In this document: piece after piece, positions 34,888-44,865 of the stretch
Numbering within the stretch: the first letter of the stretch is position 1
Layout of the letters: each line of letters starts with the position of its first letter
DNA from: Methanobacteriota archaeon
GTDB taxonomy: Archaea; Methanobacteriota; Methanobacteria; Methanobacteriales; Methanobacteriaceae
NCBI GenBank assembly: GCA_963787255.1
Contig: CAWBCJ010000001.1
Coordinates: 1-64,000 of the forward strand
DNA: 64,000 nucleotides
Direction of reading: 5' to 3'
The notes under the pieces: model-generated
What the model was told of the DNA's origin: nothing
Seen by the model: only the letters and a program-made list of their open reading frames with translations
Databases searched by the model: none
Program-made: the position numbers and the translations under genes

Positions 34888-35183
34888 GCCCAAAAAACAA
34901 AAAATTTCTACTAGGTGGAATAACAATTGCTTTAATAATAGCCATTCTTGCACCCTTTTTAGCTTCATCTAATCCAGATGGTTTAGACAGTACTGCTCAA
35001 AAAGTGATGGAGAATCCGGAAACAGAACCTGCATTTGAGTCACCATTTTCAGACTACACCATTCCCGCTTTAGGTGAAGAAAATCCATTAGGCGGTGTGG
35101 CAGCTTTAGTTCTTGGGACTTTACTGGTTCTTGGAATTGCATATGGCCTGGGAATAGGGTTAAAAAAAGAAAAAGTAGAGTAA
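34884..35183 (+). CDS. PDGLE-domain ECF accessory protein (NikN-like)
   Basis: [15 protein letters not shown], two TM helices. Confidence 0.85.
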   Translation: MSPKNKKFLLGGITIALIIAILAPFLASSNPDGLDSTAQKVMENPETEPAFESPFSDYTIPALGEENPLGGVAALVLGTLLVLGIAYGLGIGLKKEKVE

Positions 35184-35339
35184 TTCTACTTTTCTATCTA
35201 TTTTTTTTACAATTTAATTTTCAATTCACCCTAATTTCTTAGGAAGTGTTTGACACGTAATATCGACTAATTTTTTACCCACAATGGTCGCCATATTATA
35301 CAGGAAAGTGATTAATATGAAATCATATTGAAGTGATAT

Positions 35340-35576
35340 TTACCTCTTTTCACATTTAAAACATAAATTTGTGTCTCTGTTTGTTTTAAATACTTTTCCA
35401 CATTTTTGGCATGTAACCTGCTGGATACTAGATTCTTTTTTACAAAAATTCTTAAACATTCTAACGGAACAATTGTAATTATTGGCTTGGATTCCTGCTT
35501 TTGCTTTCCGGTCTAAAGCTTCTTCCTCATACTTCCTTCTAAGAGCTTTTTTCCTTTTTTGATCATCACTTGGCAT
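35340..35576 (-). CDS. Small Zn-finger protein
   Basis: CQKCGKVFKTNRDTNLCFKC. Confidence 0.7.
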   Translation of the reverse strand: MPSDDQKRKKALRRKYEEEALDRKAKAGIQANNYNCSVRMFKNFCKKESSIQQVTCQKCGKVFKTNRDTNLCFKCEKR

Positions 35577-35624
35577 TTATATCTCCAAATTTATAGAAAG
35601 AATATACATTATTTAGTATTAAAT

Positions 35625-36254
35625 TTATTTAACTCCTCTGATCACTACAAATGAACCTTCCCCGTATCCTTTCTTTACAGGTTCAATATCTTTTAATTTC
35701 ACTGATGACTGGAATAATGTCTGTCTAAAACTAAAATCTCTGAAATGGGCCTTTTCCATATATGAGACAACTTCTTTAACTGAATAAAATATTGCATCTT
35801 TGTAAAATGTGCTCTCATTTCTTTGTTTTTTATAGAATTTCCCCAGTAAACTATTGGCATCTATAAAACCGATTATTAGATAGCCTCCAGATTTAAGCAC
35901 CCTATTTGCCTCTTCTAACGATTTTTCAACATCATTGAGGAAACATATTGTTGTAACCATTAAAACAAAATCAAATTGGGAATCAGGAAAAGGAAGGGAT
36001 TCAGCAACTCCTTCAATGAATTCTATACCTCTTTTTTGGGCTATTTTTCCCATATTTTTGGATGGATCAATACCTAATTTAATTCCAAGCGGAGCTGCAA
36101 AGCGCCCACTTCCAACACCAATTTCAATACCGTTTCTACTTTTAGGTAATAGTTCTTTAACGGCTTGAAGCTCTGATTTATAAGAAGACTTGTTTTTATC
36201 AAACCATTGGTCATATTTTTCTGCATATTTTTCAAAAGGCTCAAATTTCACCAT
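35625..36254 (-). CDS. Class I SAM-dependent methyltransferase (type 11)
   Basis: EIGVGSGRF, AESLPF, RVLKSGG. Confidence 0.9.
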   Translation of the reverse strand: MVKFEPFEKYAEKYDQWFDKNKSSYKSELQAVKELLPKSRNGIEIGVGSGRFAAPLGIKLGIDPSKNMGKIAQKRGIEFIEGVAESLPFPDSQFDFVLMVTTICFLNDVEKSLEEANRVLKSGGYLIIGFIDANSLLGKFYKKQRNESTFYKDAIFYSVKEVVSYMEKAHFRDFSFRQTLFQSSVKLKDIEPVKKGYGEGSFVVIRGVK

Positions 36255-36396
36255 TATTTTCTCTCTTCTGTTCTTTAAACCATTTAATGCCATACTGTTA
36301 TTATATTTTTTTTATTAAATTGTAATTATTTCTTTGGGTAGTGCTTAAAAAAAAATTAATAATACTTAAATTATATATTATTAATGGTGAATTATT

Positions 36397-36978
36397 ATGA
36401 AAAAGACAATTGAAAATTTGGCAAAAGCTTTTATTGGTGAAAGCCAGGCAAGAAACAGGTACACAATGTATGCAAAAGTTGCAAAAAAAGAAGGATATGA
36501 ACAAGTTTCTGAAATCTTCCTGAATAATGCAGAAAACGAAAGAGAACATGCAAAATGGTCAATGAAAATGATCAACGGATTAAAAAAAGCAGGTGAGGTT
36601 CCAGACGAAATTATAGTTAAAGCAGACGCTCCAACAACCTTTGGAACTACAGTTGAAAACCTTAAAGCCTCGATTACAGGTGAACATTACGAATATACTG
36701 AAATGTATCCCCAATTTGCAGATGTAGCTGAAGAAGAAGGGCTAAAAGACATTGCTAAGAGATTAAGGGCAATTGGTAAAGTAGAAGAGCATCACGAAGA
36801 ACGATTCAAGAGAATTTTAGACCAAATAGAATCTGGTACAGTCTGGAAAAAAGATAAAGAAGTTGAATGGGTTTGCAGAAAATGTGGTTATGTGCATCGT
36901 GGAATGGAACCTATTGAAGAATGTCCTTCCTGTGATCACCCTAAAAAATACTTCCAGATCAAATGCGAAGAATATTAA
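36397..36978 (+). CDS. rbr: Rubrerythrin
   Basis: AFIGESQARNRY, ENEREH, EEHHE, CRKCG..CPSC. Confidence 0.95.
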   Translation: MKKTIENLAKAFIGESQARNRYTMYAKVAKKEGYEQVSEIFLNNAENEREHAKWSMKMINGLKKAGEVPDEIIVKADAPTTFGTTVENLKASITGEHYEYTEMYPQFADVAEEEGLKDIAKRLRAIGKVEEHHEERFKRILDQIESGTVWKKDKEVEWVCRKCGYVHRGMEPIEECPSCDHPKKYFQIKCEEY

Positions 36979-37050
36979 AAAATAATCTTTTTTTTATTAT
37001 TTAAAGTAATATTTACAGTGTTTGGAGCTACGAAATCTATGATTTCTACG

Positions 37051-37080
37051 GCCCACGACTTCAGTCGCGGGAGTATATCA
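37051..37080 (+). mobile_element. IS200/IS605-like terminal hairpin remnant
   Basis: GCCCACGACTTCAGTCGCGGGAGTATATCA resembles the subterminal palindrome of tnpB-type elements; no transposase nearby. Confidence 0.55.
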
Positions 37081-37084
37081 GAAG

Positions 37085-37456
37085 CTTCTATTGAACATTT
37101 TTTGAAGGTGAAAATCTTTAAATTTATCTTCAGGAATGAAATCAGTTATTTTCTTTCCAATCATCTTTTCTAGAGGAATTTTAGACATTGAGGCTAGTTG
37201 ACTGTTACAATAAAAAATAGAGTAATCAGGGGGCCAATATAGCTACTCCTTGGTTCATCCCTTCGATTAAAACCCGGTAAATATAGTCTGCACCCTTAAA
37301 TGTAAAAGTCTGAGCTCCTTCAGGAGTATTGACCAGTAGTGCATCTACTTCACTACTTCGGATAGCATCAAGAGTTTCTTCAGATTCGAGAAGTCTTATT
37401 TTAAGCTCATCTACTTCTGCAAGAAGTTCTTCTCTTGTCTTTTCCTTTTTTGTCAT
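37085..37456 (-). pseudogene. Truncated PAS sensor kinase N-terminus
   Basis: EETLDAIRSSEVDALLV...YRVLIEGMNQG; PAS continues in another frame and stops at the IS-like hairpin. Confidence 0.65.
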
Positions 37457-37833
37457 TTAAACTCCCTAAGATTAGTGGATTATTTTTTGTAATATTTGGT
37501 ATCTCATTCTTTAGGTGCAATTCTAGGAGGATCCTATCCTTATTTAAAACACTGCTATCTGGTTTGTTTGTATCTGGTTTATATCATCCTATATCTCTAT
37601 ATTTTCAATGATTAAAACTCAAGAATGCTACATAATTATCTGAATTAATTGCATTTAAATAAGTTGTGATTTAATTATAAAAGAAAAATGAAAACTTTTA
37701 AATATTATTTTATAGTAATTTTTATAATAATTTTGGTTCAAAAAATAATAGTTTTAAACACGTTTAATGCTACTTATAAAATCTAGTTTTAAAAATAGGA
37801 ATTTAATATCATAGTAAAATGGGGGTGTTAAAT

Positions 37834-38112
37834 ATGAGTAAATGGTTAAATAACGAAAACCCGATTTGGGAAAATGCAGTAAAGCCCTGTTTGCTTTTAA
37901 TGTTTTGTCCATACGGAAAATTAGCTGAAGAATTCCCAATAAGCGAGAATAAGAAAACCTGCGAAATCTTGGGACATGACTGCCCTGTATTTTACCAAGC
38001 CTCACATATAGTTGAAGGCGACGGTGAAAAAAAAGTGAATCAGGAAGAATTTGATAAATTCTTCAAGGAAATAGCAGCAAAATCTATAGGAGATAAGGAA
38101 CGAATTTCCTAA
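37834..38112 (+). CDS. Hypothetical Cys/His-containing protein
   Basis: KPC..FCPYG..EEFP..CEILGHDCPVFY; GGTG RBS. Confidence 0.7.
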   Translation: MSKWLNNENPIWENAVKPCLLLMFCPYGKLAEEFPISENKKTCEILGHDCPVFYQASHIVEGDGEKKVNQEEFDKFFKEIAAKSIGDKERIS

Positions 38113-38323
38113 AATACGACGCCCATTTTTGCTAAAGATATAATGGATAAAAAAAAGATGCATGAACATTGAAATATTATTTTTTTTCCAGTTTATTTTG
38201 GGAATGAAAAATAAGTGCATGAGCAATATAAAAGAATAATCTGATGGTTTAACCCATGCACCCCCTTAAATTCATGCAATTAAATATTCATGTGTTCCTA
38301 CAAAAATTTCCAGGCAGTATATT

Positions 38324-38788
38324 TTATGCTGTACCGCCGGTACATTCACCATTTTGAGCATCCACAAATATTTCACCAACTGTTATACCATCCTGGATTA
38401 CAGGAACAAAATATGTAGGTATATTAGCCATCATACCTAATACTGGTGTCCCAACAGAAAAAGAAGTGTCCCCTAAATGATTAGAAGCTACAACTTTAGC
38501 TTCTGAGGCGGATACCTTCACATTGGATGTATTCTTAGTAGATGTTTTCTTAGCTGTTGTTGAAACTGATTTAGGTGTTGCTGGTTTAGCTGTTGTTGAA
38601 ACTGACTTAGGTGGTGTTGATGCTGTTAAATTATTTACTGGAATAGAATTTTGAATAGGTTGGCTTTGATTAACAACCGATGCTACAGGAGTCTGAACGT
38701 TTTTATTCATCAAATTAGCAGCAGAATAACTAATACCCACCCCTATAACTGCAATTAATGTAAATACTACAATAACTTTTTTATTCAT
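38324..38788 (-). CDS. Secreted PepSY-like protein with Thr/Lys linker
   Basis: Signal anchor, PKSVSTTAK tandem repeat, VSASEAK...IFVDAQNG. Confidence 0.75.
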   Translation of the reverse strand: MNKKVIVVFTLIAVIGVGISYSAANLMNKNVQTPVASVVNQSQPIQNSIPVNNLTASTPPKSVSTTAKPATPKSVSTTAKKTSTKNTSNVKVSASEAKVVASNHLGDTSFSVGTPVLGMMANIPTYFVPVIQDGITVGEIFVDAQNGECTGGTA

Positions 38789-38984
38789 TATATGGCCCCC
38801 TCTCTGGTCATTTAAATGTTATTTAAAGCTAAGAAACAAAATTAAATTATTTTAGATAAAATGTATTCATCTTTTATATAATAACAATTATTTATAATTT
38901 TTTATTATAAAAAACAGAAAACTTTAAATATTACTTTTCAACTTTTGCATAATTCAAAAAGAAACAAACTAATAGTCAGAAATC

Positions 38985-39714
38985 ACTCATTCATTATAGG
39001 AATTGTAAAATAAAAAAGTAGAACCTTCACCTAATTTGAGGATTCAACCCAGATACGGCCGCCAATCAGCATCACTATCTAATTGACCTTTATAACGCCT
39101 CTCCAGTAGCTGCGTAAAACTAGCAATCGTTCGTAATGGTTCTTGTAGGTCGTGACTGGAAACATAGGCAAATTGTTGTAATTCAGCGTTGGAACGTTTT
39201 AAATCTTCTACAAGTTTTTTTGATTGTTTTTCTGCCTGTTTACGCTCTGTGATGTCCCGGGAAACTGTAAGATATGCGTTCCTTCCTTTGTAATTGATAG
39301 TATGACCATAAATTTCTACTGGTATCTTTTTACCTTCTTTAGTTACATGAACTATTTCAAAATTCATAAATCCCTTTTTATCTATTTCTACAGCATTTTT
39401 AGGCATTTCAACCCTTCTATCAGGAGCTACTATATCTGCAGGGCCCATATTTAACATTTCTTCTCGGGTGTAACCTAAATTCTTTTTAATCCAACTTCAT
39501 TTATTTCTATGTACTTTCCTGGCAAGCCATCTTCACTTATTTCACTTAAACTAATCATATCAGTTGATTTATCGAATAATAAACGGAATTTATCTTCACT
39601 TCCATATAACTCCTCTTCAGCTTTTTTAAGTTCAGTTATATCTGTTATTGTTATACGATATTTTTCATCACGCCTGTCATGTATGGGCATGATTTCCATT
39701 TTAACATAAAATGG
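38985..39714 (-). pseudogene. PAS histidine kinase with 5' truncation and internal deletion
   Basis: Starts mid-PAS; jumps from LDSDAD directly to GRIWVES/GEGSTF. Confidence 0.8.
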
Positions 39715-39732
39715 TGATTACAGGTGCTAAAA

Positions 39733-39842
39733 ATGAACAAAACCAATGCAAGGGTTTGTAAATGTAAGAATGTATCGATATTATGTTGATAAGAAGATGC
39801 AGAATAAGAACACGAAAAAATACATTAATATTCCTTGAATGA
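39733..39842 (+). CDS. Small ORF family copy B (MNKTNARVCKCKNVSIL..., disrupted)
   Basis: GGTG RBS and ATG; homologous to 21304 and 61842. Confidence 0.4.
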
Positions 39843-39925
39843 TTAACATGTGAAATTAGAAGATTAGCTATTTTCTTATTCTGATTTTTAATCTGTCTTT
39901 AAATTTAATATTGTGACATTATATG

Positions 39926-40538
39926 TTATAAGCCAAAGAATTTTAAGAAATTATTTCCAAGGTTCTTAAGCTCATTTAATACCGGACTTAAAGTATATCC
40001 AGAACCTGAATCATTATGCTGTCCAGAAGAATCGGGACTACCGGATGCGTTTCCAGTATGTGAATTGTTGGATGGTGTGGTCTTTCGAATCAGAACCAGT
40101 TTGATTAAAACCAGTTCTTTGACCAGAATCAGTTCGTTGACTAGAATCAGTTGTTTGATTGGAATCAGTTTGATTAGAACCAGTTTCTTCAACTATTATT
40201 CTACCTGAAGCACCAGAGTATCTATCACGATATGGATAAGTTCCGGGATTATCAAAGGTATAGCTGTAACTATTTAGTGGTCCTATATCTCCACTGCTGG
40301 GGAACTTACCATCAGTACTGGTAACAGTAAATACCACGCCACTAAAAATGTTACGATCAAAGTTTTCCCATGATACAGTGGTGCCAGGTTTAACAGTTGT
40401 AGAAGACGGGCTAAAAGAACCTCCCGCATCAAGTTTATCAAACACTACCACGGTTCCTGAGTTTAAAAAGGCACATCCAGAAATTGAAACCACAGCTAAA
40501 ATAGTTAGGGATATTATTAGTAATTTATAATCTTTCAA
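39926..40538 (-). CDS. Cupredoxin-fold lipoprotein with low-complexity repeat tail, frameshifted
   Basis: ISGC lipobox, FSPSSTTVKPGTTVSW, SYTFDNPGTYPY; canonical Cu ligands not evident; T(D/G)S(N/S/G)Q repeats. Confidence 0.7.
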
Positions 40539-40724
40539 TTATTATCACCAGTCTATATTATATGATCCTTAAATAATATAAATGTAATACTTATTTGAAA
40601 TAAAATATTATATGGAAAAATATAGTCAACTATTATTAAGCCAAATTACTTTCCAAACGCTCTCACACTAAACCCAATAAACATAAATCACTACAACTAC
40701 TGGTGATAAAATTGGATGTAACAG

Positions 40725-40877
40725 ATGATGATTGTAAGAAAATGCAAGAAAGTAACCATGATAATGGATAAGAAGATGCGAAGATGCAGAATAGAACACG
40801 ATAAATATGTTTATAATGTTAGACGAAAACACTTCTTTGAAGGCGTTATTAAATTTTCGCTTGCTGTCGTTGTCTAA
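40725..40877 (+). CDS. Small ORF family copy C (..VRKCKKVTMIMDKKMRRCRIEHDKYV..)
   Basis: Homologous to 61842; GGTGA RBS with TTG at 40712 (probable indel). Confidence 0.5.
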   Translation: MMIVRKCKKVTMIMDKKMRRCRIEHDKYVYNVRRKHFFEGVIKFSLAVVV

Positions 40878-41453
40878 AAGTTCTATATCATTTTTTTTAT
40901 CTGTTGTATCCATAAGAACTAACATTGCTTTGTTAATGCAGGAGGTGGCCAAAACTTTATAAGTGATGAAATAAAATGAACTAATTTACAAAAGTGAAGG
41001 TGATAGAAAATGGATTTAAATGAGATTAAAATATTTATTTATAATTTGCTTGATATTCGCAAAAAAAGGTAGTTTTGTATTTCATCATACCAAAATAGGT
41101 TAGGGGAACAGGCTTTCCTGCCTTTTTATCCATTTAATATTTCTATTATTTTAAAAATATTGTTAAAATGAGAATAAGCTCTTTTTGAATAGTCCTTTTT
41201 AGATATTGAATTATACATCTTTTTTTGGGTTTAATTTTGGTTAGATTAGTTAGTATGTTAATTGTTGAAATTTTAATCTATGGATCCTTTTATTGTTGTC
41301 TGTTTTTTTCTGTGTGGATGTATTCTACGATGGTGGTCATAACCTTAAGGCTTCAGTATTAGTAAGTAATATTAATTATGAAAATCATAATAATAGTGTT
41401 GTTTGGTTGAAAATTATGATGTTTTAAATTGCGTAGAAAAACGGGTGGTAGTA

Positions 41454-41684
41454 ATGAAAATAAGTGATGAATTGAAAGGAAAAGAAGTTATAGATGAAAA
41501 TGGGGATAAAGTTGGAGAAGTAAGCGATGTGGAATGGAATCCCCAAATGAATATGGTTGAATCTCTCCTAGTTTCTGAAGGAAAAGCAGCTAAAATTGGA
41601 ATGGGAGAAAAAAAGGTCATAGCATTTGAGGATATAGACATCATCGGAGAAAAAGTTCTTTTAAAACGATACATGCCTCGATAA
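41454..41684 (+). CDS. PRC-barrel domain protein
   Basis: ELKGKEVIDENGDKVGEVSDV...IGEKVLL. Confidence 0.9.
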   Translation: MKISDELKGKEVIDENGDKVGEVSDVEWNPQMNMVESLLVSEGKAAKIGMGEKKVIAFEDIDIIGEKVLLKRYMPR

Positions 41685-41761
41685 TACTATGTTATAAAAA
41701 AAATACTTAAATTACCTTTATATTTCTTTTTTGGAATGATTAAAGGGAAGGTATACAAAAA

Positions 41762-41851
41762 ATGGATGATAGAGGACAATATTCAATAATATATATCCTA
41801 GTGGTTATAGTAGTCATCTTAATAATATTGAGACTATTAGGTATCTTCTAA
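41762..41851 (+). CDS. 29-aa membrane peptide with class III signal-like RG/Q motif
   Basis: MDDRGQYSIIYILVVIVVILIILRLLGIF, purine-rich RBS. Confidence 0.55.
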   Translation: MDDRGQYSIIYILVVIVVILIILRLLGIF

Positions 41852-41967
41852 AACTAAACCCGGCTATGTAAAAACTACTAGTTATCTATTCATGCGTGAA
41901 AATCCTTAAATTTTTTTTTAGGAGACAATTAAAAATTGGTATGAAATTATAATTTGGAGGTGAAAAA

Positions 41968-42373
41968 TTGGATCGAAGATTTTTGGGATTGATTATAATC
42001 ATAATCGTTATAATCATAGGCGGGTGTATATCTCTTTACTTCTATGAACTTAAATCAAAATGCACAAGCTCCAGTTAATCAAAGTGGAACAAATGGCAGT
42101 GCAAATAATACAAACAATACAGTTGCAGCTACAATTAGCATTCAAAATGGAGCATTTAATCCTAATAACCTTACTGTTAAAACAGGTACTAATGTTCAGT
42201 GGATAAATAATGATAACGCATCGCATCAGATAATAAGTGATAGTGGAGCATTCCAGAGTCCTATGCTGAATACTGGGGGCGTGTATAATTTCTATTTCGC
42301 TAAATCTGGTATTTTCGGCTACTATTGTGGATTACATCCTACTGAAACAGGTACAATTACGGTAACTCCTTAA
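41968..42373 (+). CDS. Membrane-anchored cupredoxin (plastocyanin/amicyanin-like), frameshifted
   Basis: FNPNNLTVKTGTNVQW, H, YYCGLHP; TM anchor upstream from TTG 41968. Confidence 0.8.
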
Positions 42374-42548
42374 TTTTTTAGAGGATAAATTATATAATCC
42401 TCAAATTTTTTTTTATATTAAGGTAGTTGCATTTTTTTGTTTTTGTGATTATTGGTTTTTTTTATATAATCACAATATATTAAGTAATATTAAATATAGA
42501 AATAGTATTACTATTGTTCTTTTAAAAAATGAGGGAGGCCGATTTACT

Positions 42549-43004
42549 TTGAATGAAACCCAAAAAAGAATACCCAACAACATATTGCTGATAGAAGACA
42601 ATCCCGCCGATATAAGATTAATCAAAGAACTATTCAAAGATTATAAAACAGAAAATGAAATATACACCGTTAATGACGGCGTTAAAGCCCTAAAATTCCT
42701 ATATCAACATGGCCAGTATGAAGATACGCCCCGTCCAGATTTAATACTTCTTGATTTAGGTTTACCGCGTAAAGACGGTTTTGAAGTATTAAAAGAAATA
42801 AAAAACGACAAAAAACTAAAAAACATCCCTGTAATTATTGTAACTGTTTCTAATGACCCCGAAATTATTAATAATGCTTATAAACTCCAAGCTAATTGTG
42901 TAATTATTAAGCCATTAGATATTGATGACTTCAACAGATGCATTAAAAGTATGACTGATTTTTGGTTTAATATTGTTAAATTGCCCATTAGCATTCTTGT
43001 TTAA
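42549..43004 (+). CDS. Single-domain response regulator (Rcp1-like)
   Basis: EDNPAD, PDLILLDLGLP, KP. Confidence 0.93.
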   Translation: MNETQKRIPNNILLIEDNPADIRLIKELFKDYKTENEIYTVNDGVKALKFLYQHGQYEDTPRPDLILLDLGLPRKDGFEVLKEIKNDKKLKNIPVIIVTVSNDPEIINNAYKLQANCVIIKPLDIDDFNRCIKSMTDFWFNIVKLPISILV

Positions 43005-43036
43005 TAATAAAAATAATATATAAGGATTCTAAAAAA

Positions 43037-43471
43037 ATGGAAGAAAATCATAAAATCAATATTTTATTAATGGAAAATGAAGAACCTGATAAAAGCATTA
43101 TAAATTTATTAAAAAACTTTTCAAGTGAAAATCAGGTTAAATTATCCGTTTTTGATACTCCAGAAGAAACATTAGATCACTTAAAGCAAATCGTAGCATC
43201 TTCTGAATTTCAGGGACATAATATTCTGTTATTTTATTCAAAACCACCATTAAATGATGTTATGGATGTTATATGGGAAATTAAAGAAAGTCCAGATTTA
43301 AGGATTACTCCTGTATTTATTATAGCAGAATCATTAGAAGATGTAGATATTAATGAAGCTTATAAATGTCATTTAAATTGTTTTATTGCTAAACCTCAAG
43401 ATGTAGAAGGATTAATTCGGATTATAGATTCTTTTAAGGAGTTATGGCTTAAATATGTAAAATTACCCTGA
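43037..43471 (+). CDS. Atypical receiver protein lacking the phospho-acceptor Asp
   Basis: Rcp1-like C-terminus (AYKCHLNCFIAKP, ELWL) but ILLFY replaces LILLD. Confidence 0.75.
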   Translation: MEENHKINILLMENEEPDKSIINLLKNFSSENQVKLSVFDTPEETLDHLKQIVASSEFQGHNILLFYSKPPLNDVMDVIWEIKESPDLRITPVFIIAESLEDVDINEAYKCHLNCFIAKPQDVEGLIRIIDSFKELWLKYVKLP

Positions 43472-43660
43472 AAAAAATTGTTAAAAAAAGATTCACCTCA
43501 AAAATATCATGTTAGGCTTAAAGAAGTGGATAAGGGGATTGGATATTGATTTTTCTGCTTTTTTTTGCACTGTTTTTTTTAAATTTTGTATTATAATTGT
43601 TTTTTGCGTGTTTTAACTATCATTTACATAAGATTTAAATACTAAAAAGGTAATAAAATA

Positions 43661-43740
43661 AGTATGACTAGTATTACAAATTGTGGTCTGTTTTATGTTC
43701 AGCCCAGGGAAACAAGATAACCCTGGGCACCCCCTCCGTT
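43661..43740 (+). ncRNA. Candidate sRNA, copy 1
   Basis: TATA-like TTTAAATA at 43634; stem GCCCAGGG/CCCTGGGC then CCTCC; homolog at 52181. Confidence 0.4.
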
Positions 43741-43928
43741 AAAACTATATTATTTTTGATAAATAAGATAAAAACTAAACCACATTTTTTTTCTATTCAA
43801 TTTTTAACTTCCCATTTTTTTACTTAGAAAAAGTTGTATAATCCAATTTTATCATAGTATTATATTTTATATAATTTGTATTACAAATAGATAGTAATGA
43901 ATAAAAATAATAATATGGTGATTACTAT

Positions 43929-44276
43929 ATGAGTTTCGTGGAAATTGCAACAACAGATGAATTAATGGATGGTACTATGAAAATGGCTACAATTGAGGGG
44001 CGTGAAATCCTGTTAGCCCGAATTGGAGACAATTATTATAGCGCAGATAATCGCTGCCCCCATATGGGCGGTAACCTATCAATGGGCAAACTAAACGGAA
44101 CCGTAATAACATGCCCTCGACACCACAGCCAATTTGACCTAACCGATGGCCATGTAATCCGCTGGACAGACTGGACCGGACTAAAATTATCTATAGGTAA
44201 AGCATTAAAGTCACCTCGACCCCTTAAAACCCATGAAGTCAAAATAGAAGAAAATAAAATAATGGTCGACCTATAA
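43929..44276 (+). CDS. Rieske 2Fe-2S ferredoxin
   Basis: CPH and CPRH motifs. Confidence 0.92.
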   Translation: MSFVEIATTDELMDGTMKMATIEGREILLARIGDNYYSADNRCPHMGGNLSMGKLNGTVITCPRHHSQFDLTDGHVIRWTDWTGLKLSIGKALKSPRPLKTHEVKIEENKIMVDL

Positions 44277-44452
44277 AAAAAAAAGTTTTAGGGATTAAGC
44301 TTCCAAAGTTTCATTTATATATTCCATATCTTATTTGCTTGGAATTAATTCGTAATGATGCAAGTAGTAAACTCATGAATAAATCCCGTTATTAAATATT
44401 ATATGAAAAAAATTAATTAAAAAGAACTTAAAAGTTGGAGGTTTAAAAAAAG

Positions 44453-44755
44453 ATGAAGAAAATAGCTATAATAGTGGCTTTAATGCTAGTTTTAGGAGTA
44501 GTATTCATATCAGGATGCACTACAACTCCAACAAATACTACCGGAAACAATAGTGGACAAAATAAAAGTTCAGGCGTACCGGGATACAGCACAGGACAAA
44601 TAATAAGCATTGGATCAGAAAACATTGTATCTGACTTGAATCAGGAAAATCCCATGATTCATAGGGATACTAATCATTTAAACTTATATTCCCACTTTTT
44701 TTTGAAAACTAATAAAAAGAGAATCAATTTCAAAAACAAATACCAAAAAAAATAA
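44453..44755 (+). CDS. Lipoprotein N-terminal fragment
   Basis: ISGC lipobox and T/N/S linker; downstream sequence looks non-coding. Confidence 0.5.
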   Translation: MKKIAIIVALMLVLGVVFISGCTTTPTNTTGNNSGQNKSSGVPGYSTGQIISIGSENIVSDLNQENPMIHRDTNHLNLYSHFFLKTNKKRINFKNKYQKK

Positions 44756-44865
44756 TAGATAACCCAAATTAAAATTATAATCAACCCAATATAAGCATAT
44801 TATCCTATCAAAATGGTCTATTTAGAGCACTTAAAACTGGTAATAGTTAAGAGAATTAAATACAA

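Noticed and set aside
38549-40190. Short tandem repeats (PKSVSTTAK; TDSNQ-type)
   Set aside because: Ordinary low-complexity linkers of secreted proteins.
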